DNA of 64,000 bases from Macrostomum lignano (taxonomy: Eukaryota): contig NIVC01002524.1 of the NCBI GenBank assembly GCA_002269645.1, positions 100,415 through 164,414 of the forward strand, given 5' to 3'. Under the pieces are notes generated by a model. That model did not search any database. It had not been told where the DNA came from and was given only the letters and a program-made list of their open reading frames with translations. Both the position numbers and the translations under genes were made by a program. The stretch's first letter is position 1. The number at the start of each line of letters is the position of its first letter. Positions 47,791-57,818 of the stretch are shown here, in pieces.

Positions 47791-50700
47791 CCATTCCGCT
47801 GGAGGGTAGCCTACGTGGACATTACCGGTATATGTATATAATATATAGTAAATAATTTTGCTATATAATAACTTACTTTTCTGGCTAGCGTCTTTTGTGG
47901 TCTTTACGGTAAGTTGTGAAGCTTAAATTGCAGTATAACAAAGTATGCGTGCTACTGAATTATAGAAAATGTTACACGGTGAATTACTGGACGAAAATTG
48001 AACTGTTAGTTAATAGCATTTTTTAATATGCACTAAATAACTCTTCACTGAAGTTTTCTGGAAAAGCGAGGAAAACTTAACTAAGTACTTTTACGTAATT
48101 TTTACATAAAATACATAAAGTCTAATACTGCTATGTATCATTAGTGCATTTTCTTTTTTAGGCGCTAAGAAAATTAAAAAAATTCAAAGTGTTATTATGA
48201 CCTCCCTATAAAGCAAAATAACAATAAACTTATTACTTACAAGCTTATTTCCTATTTCAGTAATCAGTAGTAAGGCCTATTCCAGACAATACTTTCAAAT
48301 ACTGGTTGATTGTTAATTTGTTTCTGTCTTTTTATTTTCAATCCTTTGTTTTTAGGAACCCTTAGTTCGTAATGTAATAAATAAGGCAAGCTTTAGTATC
48401 ATTGTTGTTAGGCCTAAGTAGGGCTAGATATATATTTGTGTTTAGAATTAAAAAGCCTGACTTCTTTCTCTTCAATTGAACTATTTTAAGTTTTTTCTAG
48501 CATTTTGCCAATGGCAATAGATCCAGGTCTTTATTAATATAAGTATCAAAAATTGTAAAATATAATAAATAAATATAAAAGCTTAATAATACAAACATTT
48601 ATTGTAATATAAAAGTTTTACTTTTTATATTTGATTCTTATTTGATCTATATCATCTTAACTGTTAAATTAACTTCTTTCTATATTGGCATTCATTGTGT
48701 TTTTTCTTATAATTTCTAAAATGGTTTATATTTCTCTATTTTATTGTTAAGAAAATATTTTGACAAATTAAAGTATCTTTGTTTCTAAAAATGTCTAGTC
48801 CCTGACCTTTAAATAGGCCTAGTTAATTTGAAGATAATAAAATAAATTTTGTTTGATTACGTTAGCTTTTGTTTTGATAAATTTCAAATTGTAACAATTT
48901 ATACCATGCTTGTCTACTAATCATTATATATAACTTTATTGCTAGTTAACTAAACTAGTATTTTAGTTTTATTCCTAAATAGGGCTTAGACTAATGTCAA
49001 TGAATAGTTTTGGTTTTTAGGATTTATTATTTTCTAACAACATAATTAGAGATGTTCCAAAATTTCAATTTCAATTTCAATTTTCCAAATTTTAGAATTT
49101 TTAGGAGCAATTTGTTTACATAAGAGTAAATTAAAAGCAAAATCACAAATTTCAAGTGTCAAGTTCCAAAGAAATCTATCTAACTTCAATATTTTTTAAC
49201 TTCTTTACTGTCTCAAATCAGTGATTTTATTACATTTTTTAAATGTAGATCTAGATTTGTTAAAACTGTTTTATATATGTCTATAACATGTTTGTAGAAC
49301 TGTACATATTCATAAATATAGCAGAACTCAAAAGCATTTTGCTGATATATTGTGTATTTTTGTGCACATTACAATATTTTTAAGATACATATACATATGT
49401 AGTTTACACAATTGTGATTTTTGTTATCAGTAATACATGTACATTAACCTCATATAAATTGAGTGATATTATATGTAGAAGATGTGAGAGAGCAAGAGAA
49501 GGTGCCATGCATAGAGAATACAATATGCAATGGGGGTTAAATGTACATGTCTATCCTCTGCATATAGGCCTAGTTGTCCATTTGCTTGCATGATACTATA
49601 AAACTGCATAATACATATGATTCATATTTTTTTCATAACTTGATTCTTGCTAGCTGAGTCCTGGCAGTATTGTTGGAATTATCATTTCATACAGTTACCA
49701 CTCTTATATATTAGACTACATTATATGTAAATGTATACCCATGCCAATAGCAGGGGGTGTAACTAGATTTTATAGTTTTCTTGGCAAAAAAGTATTTGAA
49801 TTCAAAGTAGCAATGATAAGGAACTCTAATTATCCAGTGGCTAAAATATAGTAGTTTATGCTACATGTATTTTGTTTTTCTGAATTTTAATTTTAGAAAA
49901 TTTCAATTTCAATTTAGATTTCAGAAAGTAGAAAATGTTTATTTTGACAAAAATTCACTTTTGGGAAATCTCTAAATATAATATGCATGAGATTTAGAGA
50001 TGTATTAATTGTCTATAAATTTATATTGTTATCTGTTTTTCAATATGGAAACATTTAGAATTAATAAGTTAAACTATAAAACAATATATTGAATATTAGA
50101 ATTATTGGATTACATTGGTTCTAGCATGATCACAATAAAATACAACAGAGTTAAATATACTAGTGTATAATAGGATATAATAGGGTAAATAATTCTAGGA
50201 ATCTGAAAAGATTAAGAAATTTTGCTTCTCCCAAAGATAGGGAGTTATAGATATGTTAGGAGGTTTTTAGACAATAGATAGATATACTAGATAGTGGTTA
50301 CAGGAGCACATATTTCCTATATGAAGTTTTCATATTTAGTTTATTCAATAACTTGAAATACTATTAAAACCATTGATTTGATGGGTAGGGATAAAGCAAG
50401 AGAAATAAAAATATTTTTTGAATTGAATGAATATGCCATTTTAAAGCTTTTATAAAGTGAACTCTCAAGTCCTTAAGGTTAAGGACTCAAGTAACAGGGA
50501 TTTTTGACACTATATACACATTGGGATTTGGACAGTAGGGGCCTAAGTTAAGATGTATATTTCCACTTTCAATGCAAGTGGAGCTCTTGAAGTAAAAAAA
50601 AATTATTTGTTATTGCTGCACTTTTTAAAATTAAGACTAAATTAGGGTTTGATAGACAAATAAAGTACAATCTTGAATATTAATTGCAAGATTGAGATGT

Positions 50701-50804
50701 GACTCCTATTAAAAATATTATGCACATCAAAGTTTCTGTGAAAAACTGAGCTTTTTGATAATCCTGTATAGTTTCTATATCCACTATGCCTGGCCACACC
50801 GCAG

Positions 50805-53800
50805 ATGCTCGCTGCAAGGAATCGTGCCGCTATTCTAATCAGCAAATCGCTGATGGGCACCAGCATGTCAGTGCGCACTAAAGTTCTCAGTTTGGACACG
50901 ATGAACCCGAATGTAAAGAATATTGAGTACGCTGTTCGTGGACCAATTGTAGCCAGAGCTGCCGAGATTGAGAAAGAGCTTAAATCGGGCCAAAAGAAGC
51001 CATTTAATGAGGTCATCAAGTGCAATATTGGCGACTGTCATGCCATGGGACAGCCGCCGCTCACATTTTTGAGACAGGTATTTTAAATGTGTGCTAATGA
51101 GTTTTGAGAATCCTGTTAAAATTGCTGGCCATTCTACTTGCTAGGTTTTATAGAGCAACACCGAATTCCACTCTTCAAATTTACAGAATCACACTTGTAC
51201 ACCATACTGATCCCACTTGTACAGTGTACATCATACAGAATTCCACCTGTACAGTGTACATCATACAGAATCACACTTGTACAGTGTACATCATACAGAA
51301 TCCCTCTTGTACAGTGTACATCATACAGAATTCCTCTTGTACAGTGTACATCATACAGAATTCCTCTTGTACAGTGTACATCATACAGAATCCCTCTTGT
51401 ACAGTGTACATCATACAGAATTCCACCTGTACAGTGTAGATCATACAGAATCCCACTTGTACAGTGTACATCATACAGAATCCCTCTTGTACAGTGTACA
51501 TCATACAGAATCCCACTTGTACAGTGTACATCATACTGAATCCCACTTGTACAGTGTACATCATACAGAATCCCTCTTGTACAGTGTACATCATACAGAA
51601 TCCCACTTGTACAGTGTACATCATACAGAATCCCACTTGTACAGTGTACATCATACAGAATCTCACTTGTACAGTGTACATCATACAGAATCCCACTTGT
51701 ACAGTGTACATCATACAGAATCTCACTTGTACAGTGTACATCATACAGAATCTCACTTGTACAGTGTACATCATACAGAATCTCACTTGTACAGTGTACA
51801 TCATACAGAATCTCACTTGTACAGTGTACATCATACAGAATCTCACTTGTACAGTGTACATCATACAGAATCTCACTTGTACAGTGTACATCATACAGAA
51901 TCTCACTTGTACAGTGTACATCATACAGAATCTCACTTGTACAGTGTACATCATACAGAATCTCACTTGTACAGTGTACATCATACAGAATCTCACTTGT
52001 ACAGTGTACATCATACAGAATCTCACTTGTACAGTGTACATCATACAGAATCTCACTTGTACAGTGTACATCATACAGAATCTCACTTGTACAGTGTAAA
52101 TCATACAGAATCTCACTTGTACAGTGTACATCATACAGAATCTCACTTGTACAGTGTAAATCATACAGAATCTCACTTGTACAGTGTACATCATACAGAA
52201 TCTCACTTGTACAGTGTAAATCATACAGAATCTCACTTGTACAGTGTAAATCATACAGAATCTCACTTGTACAGTGTACATCATACAGAATCCCGCTTCA
52301 GTGTCATAAGTGCCCGAATGTCCTCCCTCTACAGTTGCATAGCTGTTTCACAAACTACCAGCTTAAACGGAGTGATCTATCCCAATCGCCAAGGTGACCG
52401 CACTGCTGGCTGACTCGAGCCTATTCAAATCCAATCTGTACCCGGATGACGCCAAACAGCGAGCGGCTCGAATTCTTGACGACTGCGGTGGTCAAAGTGT
52501 TGGCGCCTACAGCCACGCCTGCGGTGTGAGCGTCATCCGGGAGGACTGCGCCAAGTACATTGAGTCACGCGATGGCGGGGTGCCAGCCAATAGTGACGAT
52601 ATTTTTCTGTCCACGGGTGCTAGCGAGGCTGTCAAATCTATCCTAGAGCTCCTATCTACAGGTAAAGAAGGTCGCGACCAGGTTGGGATTATGATCCCTA
52701 TACCGCAGTATCCTTTGTACACGGCAACTATTAGCCAGTACAATCTGCGCGCCGTGCCGTATTATCTGAATGAGGCTGACAACTGGAGTCTGAGCATTAA
52801 AGAGCTGCGCCGAGCTTACGAGGAGGTGAGCGTTTTTATACTTCTTACTGGGCCCATTGCTGCTGTTGTCTCAGTGTCCGACTCCGAAAGATTAAAAGAG
52901 AAAAAGCCACTATCCATGAGCCATACCTGCGCACCTGGAAATAGCGCCTCCGTCTCTATCTGTGCATCTGGAAATAGCGCCTCCGTCTCTATCTGTGTAC
53001 CTGGAAATAGCGCTTCCGTCTCTACCTGTGCACCTGAAAATAGCGCCTCCCTCTCTACCAGTGCACCTTTGAAAAGTTACGTGGAGATGGCGCCACCCTC
53101 TCAAGGCACCGAGTAGATATGGTGACACCCCCTCAAGGGTAGATATGGTGACACCCTCTCAAGGGTAGATATGGTGACACCCTCTCAAGGGTAGATATGG
53201 TGACACCCTCTCAAGGGTAGATATGGTGACACCCTCTCAAGGGTAGATATGGTGACACCCTCTCAAGGCACTGGGTAGATACAGAAACGTATACTGTAGA
53301 AAACTCGCCACCCCGATGAAGGCCGCTCCCAGCTGCCGTCCGCGCGGCCTGGTGGTGATCAACCCCGGCAACCCGACTGGCCAGGTGCTGCGCCGCGAGA
53401 TCATCGAGGAGGTGTTGCAATTCGCCAAGGAGAAATCGCTGTTTGTTCTCGCCGACGAAGTCTATCAGCACAATGTTTACGCTGAGGGTGCCAAGTTTTT
53501 CAGCTTCAAGCAGGTGAGAGCCAACGGTTTGAGCTCAAGCCAATTAGGCCAAGGTGAATGTCGCACCATCAACAATCATCTATTAGATGAAAAAACTTCA
53601 ATCAAACAGTGGACAAGCAGTCGGACGCGATAATTACAACAGGTAGAAAAGAAACAAGGTATGATTTGAAGCAATTAAAAGCTACGAAATTGTAGTCTGT
53701 TCGTGTGTGTGAGTGTGTCATGTGACAGTAAGTAATTGTTACACTTCTTTTTTTTCCAGGAAACGAAATTGCCCCGCTCTTTCTACTATTAGTAGCCACA

Positions 53801-55151
53801 AGAGATCTGTGCGTCTGTTTTGCACTAAAATTTGTTGGTAATGCTTTTCATATAATCAACTTCTTTTTTTAACTCCAGGTAATCAACAGCATGGGCCCAA
53901 AGTACGGCAAAGAGATCGAACTCGCGTCCTTCATGTCGGCCAGCAAAGGCTACATGGGCGAGTGCGGCTTCCGCGGCGGCTACTGCGAACTGGCCAATAT
54001 TGACAAAGACGTCCAGGCCATGCTTTATAAGCAACTGTCGGCTCGTCTCTGCCCCTCAGTGATTGGCCAGGGCCTCATGTCGGTCATTGCTAACCCGCCA
54101 AAGCCGGGCGAGCCCTCCTACGAATCGCATGAGCGCGAGAAAGCCAAAGTACTCGGTGATTTGGCAATCAAAGCGCGCATGGCAACGGAAACCTTTAATC
54201 GCATTCCCGGCATGCAGTGCAATCCGGTGCAGGGCGCCATGTACGCCTTTCCCAGCCTGCAGCTGCCGGAGAAACTCGTTGATGAGGCCAAAGCCAAAGG
54301 CATGGAACCTGACGCGTTCTATTGTACAGCTCTGCTAGAGGAGAAGGGCATCTGCGTGGTGCCCGGCTCCGGTTTCGGACAGCGGCCCGGAACTTACCAT
54401 TTCAGGTAAGCGTTGGTGACTCCATATTGCAGTGTTGGGTTATACTCTTATATGCAGATTTTGACCATACCTTGCAAATTGATAGAGTGAGCTGATAATT
54501 AAGGTATAGATGAAGCAAAATGTCATTATTGTGTTGCTCTTTTTCTCTAAAAAATGAGTAGTGTAAATAGAAGTTTTTATGCAGCACTAATTAGACGGCG
54601 AGACATTTTTGGCGTAGTTACTCTTGCCGTTTACTTACAGCATGACAATTTTATAGCATCCTAGGCAATTATCTACGCCCTTGAATCCAATAGAAGCCTA
54701 TATATATTCTATTCTCACTACTCGTTAGTAGGCTATTCCTTATATATATAAGTAGATTATCAAGGATTTTTAGGCCACGATTCACAACCCACGAGGGCTA
54801 ACATCCAGTGCACAGAGAGTGTACATGCCGGACGATTAGAAATCCAGGAACGCTGTACACCCTATGTGAGCTTGCCTGCGTACAGTATTGGCGCGCTTGT
54901 ATTGTGCTCAGTAGTCAGCGGAATGGACGGAACTACCTCAGCGCTGGTTGTGAGACGGTGGCGCCGAAGATCTGCTCGCTAGTACTATTACTTGGTAGAC
55001 AATATTAGAATTGTGACATCAGTTTAGAGCCAGTGCTTCACTTTATGCCCTCCCCTACAGAATGACAATCCTGCCGACAGTGGAGAAGCTGAAGATCGTC
55101 ATGCAGGCGTTCAAGGAGTTCCACGAGGACTTCATCAATCGGTACAAGTGA
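50805..55151 (+). CDS. GPT: Alanine aminotransferase (5 exons, 504 aa)
   Basis: Exons 50805-51077, 52394-52825, 53322-53513, 53879-54405 and 55061-55151 join in frame (1515 nt) through GT-AG introns. Motifs [36 protein letters not shown]-lysine [13 protein letters not shown] and YHFRMTILP. Confidence 0.96.
51210..52292. repeat. 30-bp minisatellite (TCATACAGAATCTCACTTGTACAGTGTACA), about 36 copies, in GPT intron 1
   Basis: Direct tandem units; they explain the ORFs 51104..52413. Confidence 0.97.
52929..53060. repeat. 33-bp tandem repeat (GCACCTGGAAATAGCGCCTCCGTCTCTATCTGT), about 4 copies, in GPT intron 2
   Basis: Direct reading. Confidence 0.88.
53113..53278. repeat. 27-bp tandem repeat (GTAGATATGGTGACACCCTCTCAAGGG), about 6 copies, in GPT intron 2
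   Basis: Direct reading. Confidence 0.92.
54785..54985 (-). mobile_element. SINE-like family copy in GPT intron 4
   Basis: The reverse complement aligns with 57270-57430 (CATTCCGCTGACT...ACAAGCG...GTACGCAGGCA..CTCACA.AGG.GTGTACAGCG). Confidence 0.6.
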
Positions 55152-55854
55152 ATTTTACTTGCCATAAAAACTTCACTTCTATATTGACCGCCCTGTCTAG
55201 AGGTTCAGCCTTATAGCGATATGCATGTAGCACTAGTGCACAGAGCACACCAAAGTTTATGGTGTGAAAAACTATTGTCGCAAACGATGCGCATTATATG
55301 AAATAAAACTCTTTCGAATTCAACAAACCGACATTTCTTAAAGAAACGTCCTGATCAAGCATAAATGAATTCTAAATTTAAATTTTACTCAAAATTAATG
55401 TAGATTTTCATCATTCTGTTAGTGTTTTCTTATTTCAATTTACTCTTCTCACCGTATAGCACACCGGAACGCACCGCTGATTTCATCAGATAGTTGTTGA
55501 TTTTTCTTATTGCTGACAAACAAATTTTCTCATAGCATGAATTACAAAAAATACACGAACATGTTTGATATTACTGGCAGTAGGTTAAAATATATAAAAT
55601 CAATGATTCACATGCCAGTTAAAACTGATTTATTATGCTTTTGTCTCCATTGCCACGACAAATTATATAGATAATATAAATAATGAATTTATTTAAAATT
55701 TGACTCGTACCAAAAAGTTGCACTTTGCAAAAAATATCCAAGAATAATCAAAGTACACAAAGCACCGCGTGATTTGAATTTAAAATCAATAAAAAGTAAT
55801 TGTATAACAAATCTAACACCACTAATAATACTTGTCATTATATAATTAGGTCCA

Positions 55855-57018
55855 CTACTCGAACACGAGAATATCTGTGCAGATTGACTGCATAAACATG
55901 AATACTCCAAAGACGTAGACGAACCAGCGACGTGAGCTGACTAACTCGCCCATTCGCTCCAGGTGGATCAGGTAGAATTCCAGGCCAGTGAATAGGCACA
56001 GGGACAGGGCGCACATCAGATACAGGCCAGCGTTCACCGGGTTCACCGCCGCTCGCACTATGCACAATATCAATGTGATGAGCAGGTTCACTTTGGCGGC
56101 GATAAACAGACCACGTTCGACTACCACCTGTTGATTTGGTGAAGGTTAGTGAAGAAAATTCCGACTAGCACCTGTTGATTTGGTGAAGGAGGTTAGTGAA
56201 GAAAAGTCCGACTAGCACCTGTTGATTTGGTGAAGGAGGTTAGTGAAGAAAAGTCCGACTAGCACCTGTTGATTTGGTGAAGGAGGTTAGTGAAGAAAAG
56301 TCCGACTAGCACCTGTTGATTTGGTGAAGGAGGTTAGTGAAGAAAAGTCCGACTAGCACCTGTTGATTTGGTGAAGGAGGTTAGTGAAGAAAAGTCCGAC
56401 TAGCACCTGTTGATTTGGTGAAGGAGGTTAGTGAAGAAAAGTCCGACTAGCACCTGTTGATTTGGTGAAGGAGGTTAGTGAAGAAAAGTCCGACTAGCAC
56501 CTGTTGATTTGGTGAAGGAGGTTAGTGAAGAAAAGTCCGACTAGCACCTGTTGATTTGGTGAAGGAGGTTAGTGAAGAAAAGTCCGACTAGCACCTGTTG
56601 ATTTGGTGAAGGAGGTTAGTGAAGAAAATTCCGACTAGCACCTGTTGATTTGGTGAAGGAGGTTAGTGAAGAAAATTCCGACTAGCACCTGTTGATTTGG
56701 TGAAAGAGGTTAGTGAAGAAAAGTCCGACTAGCACCTGTTGATTTGGTGAAGGAGGTTAGTGAAGAAAAGTCCGACTAGCACCTGTTGATTTGGTGAAGG
56801 AGGTTAGTGAAGAAAAGTCCGACTACCACCTGTTGATTTGGTGAAGGAGGTTTTTTGAAGTGTTCGACTAGCACCTGTTGATTTGGTGAAGGTTAGTGAA
56901 GAAAAGTTGGACTTTTCACCTGCTTAGCGGTCTGATCGCCGTAAATTGGACCGGACTCGCCGCCGCCACCGCTGCCTCCAACAGCGCCTTTAGCAAATGG
57001 CGACTGCTCTTCAGACAT
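55855..57018 (-). CDS. TMEM243: TMEM243-like small three-TM membrane protein (2 exons, 123 aa)
   Basis: Exon 1 57018-56920 reads MSEEQSPFAKGAVGGSGGGGESGPIYGDQTAKQ (absent from the ORF track), donor GTGAAA. Exon 2 56127-55855 follows TCAACAG, phase 0. PIYGDQTAK, LIHLERMGEL and the three hydrophobic segments parallel TMEM243 (PLFGETSAK, LIYWYRQGDL) as recalled from memory. Confidence 0.72.
56128..56919 (-). repeat. 47-bp tandem array forming the whole intron: 17 GT...AG units (45 + 45 + 14x47 + 44 nt)
   Basis: Minus-strand unit GTGCTAGTCGGACTTTTCTTCACTAACCTCCTTCACCAAATCAACAG; the unit lengths sum to exactly 792 nt. Confidence 0.95.
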
Positions 57019-57239
57019 GACTGGATCAAAAATCAGTAACTGCTATTTTATAGCTGGATTAAAAACTCTCGGCAGACAGTAAGCATGCATGAATATGGGA
57101 TCTATTGTAAAAAAACGTTGCTGTTTTTACAACTGCCTCACAGAAGGCCAAGTTAACAACTAGTGGCACACAACTGCAAGGGCTTCAGACGCCATTGGGT
57201 TTTTCCACAAAGCTATAAAGTCCTTTTATTTTTATTGGA

Positions 57240-57570
57240 GGCACCCTGGCGCACTTTAAGCGACATTGGCACACAACCGGCGAGAGGCATTACTGCCCAT
57301 TCCGCCGACTTCCCTGAGCAGGCATACAAGCGTGCGGATACGTACGCAGGCACTCACACAGGAGTGTACAGCGGCCCTAACTTTATATTATCGTTAGGCA
57401 TGTACACTTCACTGCGCCTTGGGGGGGTTGGCTCTCAAGGCCGTTAATTGCACGAGCAGAGCCAAGCCGAGATTCCAATTCAGCCCCAAATTAATGTGAC
57501 TGCACTTGGAATCGAGCCTGGGTCGCTGGCACACCAGAGCAGCTGCGCTACCGCTGGGCTACGGCCCCTA
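57240..57570 (+). mobile_element. SINE / LINE-3'-end-like family, most complete copy
   Basis: Body shared with other copies in the window; the 3' tail GGAATCGAGCCTGGGTCGCTGGC...CGCTACCGCTGGGCTAC resembles L2-type tails. Confidence 0.65.
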
Positions 57571-57818
57571 AGCTAAAGTCCTAGTAGATTTATCAATAAT
57601 AGTCAAATGACAGTAAATAGAGTCTAAAATAACTAGCCAACATTCAATGTATATTTACTATATGAATTATTTATGGAAACAGTCGAATCGGACAACATTC
57701 GATATTTAGCTATTCGCATCTGGTTACAAGAGCGCGAACACGGTCGTCTATTTGGTACTGCAGTCTGATACAAAGTACAGTGTTAAAACAAAAGGCTTGG
57801 AAAATATAACCGAACAAA

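Noticed and set aside
51104-52413. ORFs of 111-398 aa on both strands
   Set aside because: Translations of the 30-bp minisatellite in GPT intron 1.
56128-56919. CRISPR array
   Set aside because: The units are contiguous and near-identical with no unique spacers.
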